The translations under genes were made by a program, and so were the position numbers. The notes under the pieces were generated by a model that was not told the origin of the DNA, ran no database searches, and was given only the letters and a program-made list of their open reading frames with translations. A stretch of 64,000 nucleotides of DNA from the NCBI RefSeq assembly GCF_006345805.1, contig NC_042999.1, positions 60,388,001 through 60,452,000 on the forward strand, read 5' to 3'. Below are positions 25,521 through 38,734 of this stretch, one piece after another. The stretch comes from Octopus sinensis. Its lineage: Eukaryota. Each line of letters starts with the position of its first letter. The first letter of the stretch is position 1.

Positions 25521-26989
25521 GCTTGCGTCTGTAGATTAGAGGAGTAGAACTGAAAGCATTACGTTAGTGGTCAGGCTGGCCGTAGTTTTGTGTTGTATCC
25601 ACTAGAAGACTTTGGAAGTCGTATCACTTTTGATAGCATTTTTTCCTTGAATTTCTCATCCTTTCCGAGTTTCAGTGTTATTTTAATTTCTACACGCATT
25701 TATCTTGTTCCATACAAAGTTTTTGTTAATGCTTGGTGGTCAATAAAGAAAATGTTATCATTATTGTTGTTGTTGTTGGTGGTGGTGGTGGTGGTGGCAG
25801 TGGTGGTGCTGGTGTTGTTATATCAAGATAGTGTTGTGCGAGAAATTGCTTCATTTCTTATTAGCGTACATTTTATAATCTCCGTTTAGATCGACGGAAC
25901 CTTGTATAATTCGTGTTCCTTGGAATAGTTTATTTCGTAATCCATGTTTTGATGTTGATTATTCAGTTTTTAGTCATATTAATTAAGAATCGTAGCCATT
26001 GGAGTTTGCATTCTTTTATTATTGTTAAGAAGTGCTTCTCTATATCTTTACAGTCTCAATAAATTACTATTTGGAACACTGATTTAATTAGAAATAAACC
26101 ATAATCTTTTAAAGAATTCTGCAATAGTAGTTTCGTACTATTTTTGTTGGTGGTTTGTTAGTGTTAGTTTTTATCATTAGTTAAACCTTTTGATCAAATT
26201 CATTCCGTTAATTAAAACTCCCAATTTATATATTTTCTTTCGCTGGAACTTGTTTTATCGAGTCCGGAAATCTGAAAGAAAAAGACGAATGACTTTAACA
26301 TGTGTTAAATTCATAACGTAAAGATACTTGACTAAATACAGCTGATGCACAGGGGAGTGAGCAGAGGCGATAAGGGAAGGGGCAGATTGAATACCTATCG
26401 ATAATAGCTTCGGTTCTATGTGCTTTCGGTTCAAATGGTACTGCAGTCATTATTAGCAGTTTATTCTCTCGGGGTCAATGAATAAATACAAATCCTAGAC
26501 AGTGAATTAAGCAGAATTATTAGAGCGTCGTAAGACGAGTCCTATGGTATCTGTTCCGGCATGTTTTAAATAAATGCGAGATATTATAGCATACTTGGAA
26601 ACAAACACCAACATCCTTTAAAAAAGTATTTTAAAAATAACAATATTTTCATTCAGATTGTATTAACAACTGAGATACTTCAATGTAAGGGTGATATTTA
26701 GATAACAGAGTATGTTTTAAACTAAATGGTACGTTTAGCAATTTGGTACCATATTTATATTATAGTATACGGCATCTTCACATTTGAAGGCAAGTGCTAA
26801 GCTGCATCGGCCTTTTGTTCCACTTTGACGATATATATGGTATAGAGAAAAACATGTATGCATAGGAAGCTGCTGGTCTTTTATAGAAATAATAACTAAA
26901 CCGTGTAAATTTCTTCACTACAAGATCGAATCCTTGTTGCGGTATGGTGGCTTGTGGGCTTCAATGACTCTGAGCGCTATGCAAACGGA

Positions 26990-27320
26990 TCGCAAACGGA
27001 CGGCAAGCGGCTAGTAATGCTTACCATGCTGGACAGGTCAAAGGTTAGAGACTTGAGTATTATGGACCATCGATTCCTTGAGATGAAACTGGGTTTGCGT
27101 ATGATCAACACCCATTTCTGGAAAAGAAAACGAAGGTACACAAGTGTCAGTGACGATTTAAAATCAACAAGACCTGGGAGAGTCATATGTTTCCACATCC
27201 GGGAAACATGACGATGTGCGTCAAAATCTGAATGACAACTTCAGCAAAAAGCAGGGATCCAGCTGAAGAGAAGGATCCAGAATCGAGAAGCCTGGAAAAA
27301 AGCATTCGATTGCCTTTTCT
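26990..27320 (+). mobile_element. Probable RTE-type LINE fragments
   Basis: LGLRMINTHFWKRKRRYT resembles the RTE APE-domain NT-F-K motif; RRIQNREAWKK resembles the RTE C-terminus. Confidence 0.4.
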
Positions 27321-27344
27321 CTATAGGGAGAAAAGAGATTATTA

Positions 27345-27636
27345 TTTTTTATTTATGCGCCCTTTTTCAAGCCTTGCCAGGCTCATGGGCCTGGTTTCCC
27401 GGTTTCTGCAGCGTATGTGTTCCCCCCAGCTGGACGGAACGCCAGTCCATCGCAGCGTAGCTCAAGAAACAGGAAGTGAGAGAAAGTTGGGGCGAAAGAG
27501 TACAACAGGGGCCGCCACCACACCCTGCCGGAGCATCGTGGAGCTTCAGGTGTTTTCGCTCAATAAACACACACAATGCCCGGTCTGGGATTCGAAACCA
27601 CGATCCTCCGACCGCGAGTCCGCTGCCCTAACCATT
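27345..27636 (-). mobile_element. tRNA-derived SINE family C
   Basis: Head GGTTAGGGCAGCGGACTCGCGGTCG...GGTTTCGAATCCC; homologous to 40343-40638 and 44125-44409. Confidence 0.8.
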
Positions 27637-28088
27637 AATTGTCTATTTCTAAGCCTTGAAGCGGCGGTTGCCATAAGCAGCTGTATGATCTCACCAGGCA
27701 CACACGGATGAACTTCATCTGATAATGCCACATACTGCTATATGCGTGGACTTTAAGATGGTCAAGTTTTCCGTGGGGAACAAAGTGGATACACCAAATA
27801 TCCATGCTTATAATGTACGTTGGACAGCAGAAGCAGGACAAATCATTGGATCAGTTTCTCGAGGTGTGGCGGCTACTGCAGTTCGTTATACTGAATCACC
27901 CAAGTACTTAAGGCAAAGTTAAACACGACGGGTTTTAAAGATGTGAACCTCAAGAAATGTACTATGCTACAAGAAAATAATTTAAACGACATTTTAAAGA
28001 ATTCAGCACTGTACGGATATTACTGTAAAATAATTATTACAACAATAATAAATCTCTGAGCGAGGTATAGACAGTAGCTGCACGACAT

Positions 28089-28334
28089 CGTGAAGTATAT
28101 TTGCCGCTTAAATGTGGCTAACCTTTAAGGGTGGATACTACTGTAGCTTGTAGCCCCAGGAGGACACCTCCTCCAGCTGGCTATTGACACACTTTCTGTG
28201 CCCTATAGGTATTTGCAAAGGGCACAGAAAGTGTGTCACTAGCCAGCTGGAGGAGGTGTCCTCCTGGGGCTACAAACTACAGTAGCATACACCCTTAGGG
28301 GTTAGCCACATTTAACTGGCAAATATACTTCACG
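28089..28334. repeat. Long inverted repeat, about 116-bp arms with a 14-nt loop
   Basis: 28089-28204 versus 28219-28334, few mismatches. Confidence 0.92.
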
Positions 28335-29461
28335 AATTATTATAACAATTTTTATTTAATAAAAGTCAATTATAAAGGCAAATGAATTTAGATATATCTT
28401 TAAAATAACGTTGCAGGGAATGTAGAAAGCTTCTAGTTGCTCTTCATAATATATAAGCAAGTCAATAAAAGCTAAACCGTGTTTCGAAAATACTACATGA
28501 ACTATCGTATAACGATAAAGTGTGTATGAATATTCAAGGAAGATAATATTCCTTGTTTGGAACTGAATATCCTTCGTGTGATAACCTATTCACATCCTTT
28601 ATTATTTTTAATGAAGGTAATTATATATTTTATTGCACTTTACCAATAATGATGCCATTAGCAAGCAAACACAAGTATGATTTATGCGTGTAATTATGTG
28701 CGTATAGGTGTGTATGCCTGTGTGGTGGCGGTGGTGGTGGTGTGTGTGTATGTGTGTGATGTATGTGTGTGTGCACATGTGTGCGTGCGTATGTGTGTGC
28801 GTGCACGTTGTGTGGTTGTATTCCAACCTCAATTTGTCATTTAAAAATGTGATATGTTAAGCTGGAAGCCTATAATACAAAACAATAGATTTACGACAAA
28901 GGAGGAGATTGGCTGAATCGTTAGAGTGTCGGTCGGAATTCCGATGCTTCTTTTGACTTCCAGCATTCTTATTTCAAATCTCATCGTGGTCAACTTTGCC
29001 TTTCACAGTAATTGACTAGTAATTACTTCATCGACCCCGATGTTATGAAAGGCAAAAGTGACTACGGCCGGATTTGACTTCAGAGCCTAAAGAGCCGAGA
29101 TAAATGTCAGCAAGTATTTTGTTATGCATCCCTTTGTGTGTCCTTGGTTGTCCCCTCTATGTTTAATTTCTTGTGGCAATAAAGAAATTTATATATAGAG
29201 AGAGGCAGTAAATTATAACAAGTACTGAAGGACAAAAGGTTAAATTGGGCTCGAACGTAAAGAGTCGGAAATAATGCTGCTTTTTTTTATTTAGGCACAA
29301 GGCAGGCAATTGTGAATCGAGACTACCAACCCCGTTAACTTACAGATACTTTATTTTAGCCTTCATGAAACCAAGTTGATCACGATGGGAATTGAGTGCC
29401 AAGCAAAAATCGGTGGATCAAATACTGCAAGATATTTCCCAACGTTCTGCTAATTCGTGTC

Positions 29462-29760
29462 AAGGCGCATGGGTCAGTGGTTAGAACATCGGGCTCACAA
29501 TAACGAGGTAGTGAGTTCGATTACCTAACCAGGCTGTGTGTTGTGTTTTGAGCAAGATATTTTTATTTCACCTTGCTCCAGTTCACTCAGCTGCAGAAAC
29601 GAGTTGCCACGTCACTGATGCCACGCTGTATCAGTATTTGCATTTCCCTTGGATAGAATCAGTCTCCCATAAACAAACTTGCCCGAACTTGTGCCTCGTA
29701 GGGTCACTTTCTAGGTGCAGTCTCAAGGTCATTCATGACCGAAAGGGATCTTTCCCTTTT
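29462..29760 (+). mobile_element. tRNA-derived SINE family D (CORE/Meta-like central domain)
   Basis: A box TGGGTCAGTGG, B box GAGTTCGATT, TGAGCAAGA...TTGCTCCAGTTCACTCAGCTG domain, GGTCATTCATGACCGAA tail; homologous to 54752-55064. Confidence 0.82.
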
Positions 29761-29869
29761 ACCTTACTTAATTATGCATTCAACTGCTGCTTCTCTAAAA
29801 GTATGAATAATAATTTTAAGCCAAAGGTCAGCAATTTGATGTAAGGTGGTTAGTCGATTAAATTGACTC

Positions 29870-30250
29870 TATAGATTGAAACACTATATAGCTTCCACGT
29901 TGTTTGAAGACGTTGGGTCCAGAATTCCCTCTCATGCATTGCTCTTACTATGTTGTCCTTCAGTGGATCAGATTCTTCAACCACACCATCAGGACGATCC
30001 CTTGCTCACTTACCACGATATGGTACCTCCATCAGTATCTGCTTCATCATTTCATTTTTACTAAGAAAACATCGATCACAGTATCTAAGTTGCTTTGCCT
30101 TATTGTGGAGAAAACACGTGAAGGAGTACCATAAAGAACCTGGTTTGTTGTATAGGACTCCCATACGAGAAAATATAGTAATACTTCAGTACCAGCATCG
30201 ATATAGTCAACTAATAACCTACCTACAGATCTGCTGGATTGTATCAAAAT
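29870..30250 (-). mobile_element. Degenerate RTE-type LINE 3' fragment
   Basis: KNEMMKQILMEVPYRGK*ARDRP...RAMHEREFWTQR resembles the RTE C-terminus (LLWEP-HGKR-RGRP...AM-DR--WR). Confidence 0.45.
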
Positions 30251-30274
30251 TAGATGCAATCAAAAGAGTAATAG

Positions 30275-30540
30275 TAGCCTGACGGTTGCGATGACGAGTG
30301 TTCCAGTTGATCCGCTCAACGGAACAGCCTGCTAGTGAAATTAACGTGCATGTGGCTGAACACTCCACAACACGTGTACCCTTAACGTACTTCTTAGGGA
30401 GATACAGCATGACACATCGAATGTGGTCAGGCTGGCCTTTTGAAATACAGATACTACTCAGTTTTGCTAGCTGATTGGACTGGAGTGTGAAATAAAGTTT
30501 CGTGCTTAAGGATACAACTACTGGCCGGAAATGGATGTCA
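30275..30540 (-). mobile_element. SINE family F
   Basis: Shares GATCCGATCAACGGAACAGCCTGCT...CGTGTACCCTTAACGTA...GGCTGGCC with about 42075-42430 (+) and 61770-61960. Confidence 0.65.
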
Positions 30541-31784
30541 TGTCTTTATGATTAGATTCTTCATAATTTTCCAAAGCATATTGAGAAAAGTGTAGTATAC
30601 TATAATAGAAATATGGTACCAAATCGTTAAACATCACATTTAGTTTAACATATCCTCTGTTGTCTAAATATGACCCTTACTTTGAAGCGACCCAGTTGTT
30701 AATACAATTTGAATGAAAATATTGTTATTCTTTTGATTCCTTATTCAAAGGATGCTGATATTTGTTACCATGTGTGCTATAATAATTCGCATTTATTTCA
30801 AAATGCTTTGGTCAGTTAACAATTAGCACTTCATTGATTCTTCGATTAAACAAGAAAAGTTAAAGTCTCTTCGTGAAAAAAATAGTTGTTTCGAAGATAC
30901 AATTTAAAGTATTTTACAACTGATTCCGAAATATTTCTTCAGTTTGTCGAAACGAAGTGCAAATATCTACCCATTCTTTACAATTATATAAACATAGAAC
31001 GTTGGTAACACGCTTATTTTATAATCTCAAGCGATTATATATAGTGAACATTTATATTTCATACGACCCTGATTGCTGCCATATTAAACATATTATCTGA
31101 GATGAATTTCCCAATTTAAATATGGCATGTTCATATACCAGTGGTTTTAATAGAGTTTACGATGTATTAATAATCGATTTATTTAGTATATTTTACGACG
31201 TTGATAACTGATACTTCTGGGTTTGAGAAAATGGACACCGAATCTATCAAATGAAAATTGATATCTACATTGTCGATGTAATGATCTCACATCTGTCAAT
31301 AGAAAATTAATAGGAGCAAGGTAAAAGGTATGCTTGAGAGTATCAAATTGTTGTCCATTTCGATTCGGCCATTTTATTGCATTTGTCGTACTCTCTTTTG
31401 TTATTATACTTAGAATCGTTAGCAATTTACGTTCTTAATTCAGATTCTGCCGAAGAAGTCGACTTCCACCATTTCGGTGTCGATAAACTAAGTACCAATT
31501 GAGTACTGGGGGGAGGGGTCAAGGTAATCTATTAATCTCCTTACTTCAAATTTCAGGTTTTGTGGCTATGACAGAAAGAATTATAAATGCTAGACAAAAG
31601 GAGTGGATTGGCTGTTAAATATTTCTTTTGTTTTTAATGTTTACACGTTTTCTGTTTTAAACCCCACTCCTCGCTTGTTTTGTATTGTCCCTATATGTTG
31701 GTGTATTCGGACCTTGTAGACAATAAAGAAAAGATTATAATTATAATTATAAAGATTATTATTATTGTTGTTGTTTTTATTATT

Positions 31785-31962
31785 TTATTGTCTTTGCATA
31801 GCTTCTAATGCTAATTGATATACTACGGTGTCAGCTGTTCACTACCAGGGAACTAAGGTAACACCCTTTATTTTTTTGCACCATGCGGAGTTTTCAAGCA
31901 GTCCCAAGCAGTGCTGTGTTCTGTAAGTGCTCAACCCTTATTGCAGCCCCTAATCTCAAGAC

Positions 31963-31965
<3 letters not shown>
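31785..31965 (-). mobile_element. R4/Dong-type 3' end fragment
   Basis: Minus strand reads IRVEHLQNTALLGTA*KLRMV (compare IQKIVLMGTARILRKIL in the long copy), then a 3' UTR ending in (AAT)n. Confidence 0.6.

Positions 31966-32001
<36 letters not shown>
31966..32001. repeat. (AAT)n between two divergent Dong-type elements
   Basis: Direct reading. Confidence 0.95.
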
Positions 32002-32003
<2 letters not shown>

Positions 32004-32013
32004 TGACAGATCC

Positions 32014-32226
32014 TTTTTTTTTCGTATTTTATTCTCATTTTTTCGAACTAACACAGGCAGAGTGAACCTTTCATAAGTTTAGGAAAAAAAGGGAGAGAAA
32101 GGAAAAAAAAAAGAAAAAAACCTATGTTCGGAGATAAATCTATCAACAAAAAAAATACAGACGAATACAGATCCGCTAGCCTTAAGAAGCGGCGCTACGA
32201 ACAATGTTTACATGCAGAGAACCCTA
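32014..32226 (-). mobile_element. Poly(A)-tailed retro-insert in the 5' end of the Dong element
   Basis: 13-bp direct repeat AACTGACAGATCC at 32001-32013 and 32227-32239; the minus strand ends AATAAAATACG-A9. Confidence 0.75.
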
Positions 32227-32944
32227 AACTGACAGATCCGTCTCCTAATGTAAGAGTCGAAGCTCGTCATGCTTCAATGTCAACAAAACAAATTACAAAC
32301 CGCAATGGTCATCGAGCGGATTACAAAAGACCACGTACCCGAAAACTGAACCAAATTCTGATTGAAAAATCAGATACTGGATCAAATCTTCCCGACACAC
32401 AGGAACTGGACGTACCCCACAACCGGAATATTCCAACAGATGGCCATCCATGCCTGTCATCAAATAATCAAAAGAAAAAGAAGGAAAAATGGTCTAAGGA
32501 AGATAATAAAGAAGTTCTCGCGGCCTTCTACCATGCCATATAGTTCCCCACAGATAAATCTAATACTGTACAAACATACTTAAACTGGAAACAGAAAAAC
32601 CCTGAAACAAGACCCTACATAGACAGTAACAAACTTGCCAACGTCAGAAGAAACATTATTAAAAAAAAATACTGACTGAAATAGAGATTGATCAAATTAG
32701 ACAAGTAGTAACGGATAAAATGAACGAAGCTGCAGCTAAAGAAAATAATACAGAGGAAATAATTATAGACCAGCCCAGGGCTGATAAAAACGAAGTAAGG
32801 ATTGAAAGAGTTAGTATAAGTGATAGGCAAAGGGAAATACTCCCTGAACCAATCATAAACACTAAGACAGATGAACATCAAATAGATGAATAAAGTCACA
32901 CAAATATTGACCCAACAGAACTACATGAGCTAAAAAATCAAATC

Positions 32945-35909
32945 ATGATTGAATGGCTGAAAATTAAAGAAATCAGTCTGGATGAACGCGATACACTCCC
33001 TAAAATCCACAACTCGAACCAAAACATGAAAATAATTGGTAAAATCCGGCTTGCACTTAAGGATATAATTTCAGCTAATGATGTTGATATCACAGATCTC
33101 AACCACCTGTACTATGCATCCGCGAAAATCTCAACGATCCTATGTGGTGAAAAGATTAGAAAACGGCAACATTCCCACAAAAAGGCTTCTTGGCAAGAGC
33201 GTATCCGACAACAAATTAAACTATTTAGATCTGACATTGAATATTTGAAAAACCTTAAGGTTGACAAGACTACCAAACCTACAAAAACCCAAAAGTTAAT
33301 GAAAAAATATAATTTGAAAACTATACTTGATATTGATGCCACCATAGAAACCATCAAGCAAAAGGTATCTGCTAAAGCTGCCCGCATAGCAAGGTATGAA
33401 AAGCGTGTTAGATTCTTCAGAGACAACAACATGTTAAAAAATAACCCCAAAAATTTTTACAGGGAGATAGGAAAAACAACAGTTACTGTAAAGTCTGTAC
33501 CATCAAAAGAAGAAATGCAGGGATTTGGGAATAAAATTTGGGCAGAAGAAAAAACACACAACGAAAAGGCCCCCTGGATTGATAGAATATCTACAAAACT
33601 GGACTCCTCAGAAGAGCAAAAGTGGGATGGTGTCAAGGTAGAAGATATAAGATCTGCTCTCAGGAGGTCAAGCAAATGGAGGTCACCAGGAAAGGATAAA
33701 ATTCCCAACTTCTGGCTGAATGCCTTCCCAGAGAGCCATGAACTGCTAACAGAATTTTACAATGATGTTTTGCAAAACCCTAGTAGGATGCCTCCTTGAC
33801 TAGTTAATGGGTTAACATTCCTACTTCGAAAAAGTGAAGAAACAAATGAACCAAAAAACTATAGACCCATAACCTGCTTAACAACTATGTATAAAACGCT
33901 AACATCTGTCCTGACGGAATATACCTATAGTTTTTTTTAACAAACAGCAGCATATTCCCTAATGAACAGAAAGGATGTAAACGTGGATCCTATGGTTGTA
34001 AAGATCAACTACTCATCAATAAGATGATCTTAGATGATTGTCACAAACGACACAAAAACTTATCAATAGCCTGGATAGACTATAAAAAGGCTTTTGATAG
34101 ATGGATTAAGAAATGCCTGGAAATGTATAAAATAGCACCTACTCTGCGAAACCTTTTGTCTGTAAGTATGAGATCATGGAGAACCACACTAACTTTGAAC
34201 AGTGACAATGAATCTCTAAATGCTGGTGATGTAAAAATTTCATGTGGCATTTTCCAGGGTGACTCACTATCACCACTCCTCTTTTGTTTAGCCTTCTCTC
34301 AAAATTGCTCAATGACTCGCAGTACGGATATAAAATGTTTGATAAAAATGTAAATCATCTCATTTACATGGATGATTTAAAGCTCTTTGCAAAAAATGAC
34401 CAACAACTCAAGGGCTTACTAGCGATTGTTAAACAATTCAGTGATGACATCAGAATGCAATTTGGCCTCGATAAATGCGCAATAGCTACCTTTATCAAAG
34501 GAAAAATGACAGAAACATGTAACGTTAACCTTGACCAGCAGAATGTCATAAAGGAATTAGACCCAACGGAGAACTACAAGTACCTAGGTGTAAATGAAGG
34601 GGATAGAATAAGGCATTCAGTGATGAAGGAAAGGATCAGGAGAGAAAGTTATCGCAGAGTAAGAGCATTACTTAAGACAGAGCTGAATGCAAGAAATAGG
34701 ATCGAAGCGATCAATGCTTTAGCCATACCAGTCGTGACTTACAGTTTCAATATCGTTAACTGGTCAATTACTGAAATATGTAATCTTGACAGAAAAATAC
34801 GAAAACTGTTGACAATGCATAGAATACACCACCCTAAAGCAGATACAGAGCGACTTTATCTGTCAAGAAAAGAGGGAGGCCGTGGACTTTTACAACTGGC
34901 AATAACAATGGAGATTGCTACAATTGGCCTAGACACCTACCTGAAAAACTCTGAGGACTGGATATTAAAACTTGTCTCAAAACATGAAAGCAAGAAAGCA
35001 TCATACTCAGTAACAAAACAGGCAAAGGAATATCTAAGTGAATTCCGAATACAACAAATTTCGGAATTAGACATACAAGAAACAAGCACAGAAAAGCGCA
35101 TGAAAACCCGTGCTAAAACTGCTGCCTTAGATATACTGAATGATAAATGGCAAGAAAAATCTGTCTATGGCAAATACTCAAAGAGAGCGAATAATGATGT
35201 TGACAAAGCTCTGACCCATCAATGGCTAATGGCCTTTGGCTTAAAATCTGAAACAGAAGGGTTCATCATGGCAGCTCAAGATCAATGCCTACCAACAAGG
35301 AACTACCAGGCCAACATATTAAAGAACGGCAGTAGACCAACATGTCGTGTATGTCAACAATAAAATGAAACCATTGATCATGTTGTCTCCAAGTGCAGTC
35401 TTCTAGCGCCTACAGAGTATCTCAACAGGCATGATAGTGCTGCACAATATATTCACTGGGTAATTTGCAAAAACCTGGATTTGCCCCATGAAAAAAACTG
35501 GTGGGAACACAAACCACCTCCAGTGCTTGAATATGACTAAATCTCACTCCTCTGGAACTTCACCATTCAAACTGACAGAAAGATAGATGCAAATAGGCCA
35601 GACATCATATTCAAAGACTTCAGACAAAGAAAATACCTCCTCATTGATATGACTGTCCCAATCGATATAAACGTATCTGTCAAGAGATACCAAAAATTGA
35701 GCAACTATAAAGATCTTGAAATAGAAATCAGCAAAATGTGGAACCTGAAGACTAAAATAATACCTGTTGTCATAGGTGCCCTGGGAATGATAGCAAAAGG
35801 GGCTGATTGATACCTAACTCAGATACTAGGGAACCCAAAAATGGCAGAAATTCAAAAGATAGTGCTCATGGGAACTGCTCGTATCCTACGCAAAATACTT
35901 TCTATGTAA
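32945..35909 (+). pseudogene. Disrupted RT-REL polyprotein of the R4/Dong element
   Basis: ORF pieces 32945-33799, 34024-34353 and 34284-35363 plus downstream read-through form one polyprotein broken by frameshifts and stops. Confidence 0.9.
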
Positions 35910-36726
35910 TCTCAAGTTTTAAGATAAACATAATTTTCGAATGTTTTGTTTTTTTAGACATTCACTAGTACAACATTAATACAAAACCAAATATATGGCA
36001 CCCTAGGCATAACAACAACACGAACTTCTAACCTGTTGTCTCTTGAGGTCTCTGGGTGAGACTTGGAGCCAACTTGTACAAAATAAAGCAAAAGTCAAAC
36101 ATAGAATAATAATAATAATAATGGTGGTGGTTGTTGTTGTTGTTGTTTTCATTTCACTTCTCAGAACTCTCGATTTCACTTGCTCCGGTTAATTTTGTAA
36201 GAGCGATAACTACCTTTTTTGAAAAGTCTCATGGTGTCTCTTCTATCTACGATACTGTTTTTTATTATTTTATTATTTGTTTGCTTTTTCTCATCACATT
36301 TTTATGTACACATTCTTTCAATATTTTAATGTGTTATGAAATTCGGGAAGACTATTTTGTGTTTCACCTAAGATAATTTATTACCAATAATGTTTTCTCA
36401 ACAGTGTAGACAGAATAATTAGTGTAGTTATTCATACATAAGTCGATATGATCTTACTGAATAGTAGTCAGCTATATTTGTTTTTTAGTATTTAACGATT
36501 ACGAACAAATTCCAATGTATCTCCTTCGTGTTGAAATTTCATTATATTATTAAATATATTAAGACTGTATCTTGCATAACATTCCATTGTTTATTAATGA
36601 TTAAATTTATGTTTCTTGTTTTTAAGTCATCATTAGCTGATAATTACTGTTTAACGATGGAGGTATGTATTTTGGGGAAAATGGAAGCAAAAAATTCATT
36701 CCGTTTCTTTTTTTATTTGTTGATGG

Positions 36727-37026
36727 GGATCTTTACCTTTTGACCTACAGATTTAGAAAATAATTTTTTGTAACTAAACACTTTCAAACTTCGGAAGTTC
36801 TTGTTGACAAACAACAGCAGTTATTTTATTCAGCTGAATACACGTCATTGATTGGTTGAAATTACCGAAATACGACAACTTTAACGTGAAATAACTTCGT
36901 AAATATAAGTTTTTCTCAAAAACGCTAAGAGTAAACGATGTTTTATATGACACATTCTACCAGTGTCCGAAGTATTTAGTTACAAAATATTATTTTTTAA
37001 ATCTGTCGGTCAAAAGGTAAAGATCC
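36727..37026. mobile_element. MITE with terminal inverted repeats of about 55 bp
   Basis: GGATCTTTACCTTTTGACC-ACAGATTTA-AAAATAAT-TTTTGTAACTAAA is mirrored at 36969-37026. Confidence 0.8.
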
Positions 37027-37434
37027 GAAAAATGCAGAAAACTGAGGCGGATAAAATACCTCAAGACATTTTCCGCTATGCCCTAATGATTCTATCAATT
37101 CAGCGCCCTTTAACACAATAAAACAAATATCAGATTAAAATAACATCATAATTTTATAATATTCGATGCAGAGTGTGAGAAATAATATCGTCAGTTTCAG
37201 CTATAGAAATATCAAGAAAGTGAAATTAAGAAAAAAAAAATGAATTATAGTTAGTTTATTTAATTTCGAATTATTCTATTAAAAAAGAGAGATAGTGTTG
37301 ATAAAAAAATAAACGAAAAAAATTATACTGCCTAGATTAAATTATTTATTTTGTAATGTTAAACAAATAAAAACGGTTTGGATAACAGACCATGTTAATA
37401 TAAATGGAAACACGACAGTAGATGAATAATCACC

Positions 37435-37436
<2 letters not shown>

Positions 37437-37474
<38 letters not shown>

Positions 37475-37506
37475 GTAATAATAATAATAATAATATAATA
37501 ATAATA

Positions 37507-37576
<70 letters not shown>

Positions 37577-37582
37577 TAATAA
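37437..37582. repeat. (AAT)n
   Basis: Direct reading. Confidence 0.97.
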
Positions 37583-38138
37583 ATGCCCTGATGCAGTACC
37601 AGACAGTAACTCTCATGGCTTCTGATCTTAACTGATTGGAAGTGTTATCATGTACATTGTTTTGTCTTGGTATAATAGATGGGCTACAGAAAATATTCTG
37701 CTCAATACCACAGATTTGCTTGTCAGTTGTTTGACCTTAACCAGTTGAGCATGTCTCTTAGTGGCTGACGATATGTGCATCACTGATCACGAGCAGAAGT
37801 AGTGGGGGAGCCACATAGCCATGTGTTGAGAGGGATTCTTTGGGGTTTGAATAATTCACCTAAAAAAACATGGGTGTTTCGTTCAACATCCTTAAACAAC
37901 CCTTAATCAGGGACCTTTTGAGCGGGATGGGCTACTCGACCAGCAGAAAATTCTAACTGGGCTCCACTTGCAAGGTCATGCGCTGTTTATCTTGATATGA
38001 GATCACCATATCGCGCACATTTGGTTGGGATGCATGTTCCTGGTGCACCCTTATCAGACGGGTAGTCATGATGGGTATACTAGGCTTCGTATATTTTACC
38101 CCAGTGTCACTTTGATGGCATGCACTGCTCTCCCACTC
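37583..38138. other. 556-bp non-coding module embedded in (AAT)n; candidate non-autonomous element
   Basis: Higher-GC, complex sequence with sharp edges and same-strand (AAT)n on both sides; no ORF homology recognised. Confidence 0.5.
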
Positions 38139-38306
<168 letters not shown>

Positions 38307-38734
38307 AAACATGGAGCGACTACAGAAAAATAATAAATATAGATTGCATATCATATCTCCCCCAATTAACATCATTTTGTAAAAACATAATATGTGAAGC
38401 GTGGAGAATATTGGGAAGAATCAATAGATAAACCATGAAACGTTAATTCTCCATTATCCTGACCTGATTTATCATCTTACAAAATATATGTTACTAGAAT
38501 ATACGAAGATTTTGTTGGCTACATACGGGTTATATTCTCCTAAATTACTTTACTGAGTATATAATATGAGTAGTATATAATTGTATAGCTTATGATATAT
38601 TCTATGAAAACTAAGTCTTATGGGATCCGTTTTACGTTCATGCAAAGAACATTCAGAAAATATATGTATTCTGTAATTCAATGTAGTAAATTATCAGACT
38701 GAGAGAGATAAGACATCGCTTTCAAATGTTGGCA

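Larger units (their letters stand above)
32001..36107 (+). mobile_element. R4/Dong-clade non-LTR retrotransposon, long and probably near full length, inactivated
   Basis: RT motifs [37 protein letters not shown] (34365-34376), KYLG; C-terminal CRVC-ETIDHV-SKC, RHD and RPD (35595-35603) REL nuclease; stop at 35907-35909; several frameshifts and stops; (AAT)n on both sides. Confidence 0.92.
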
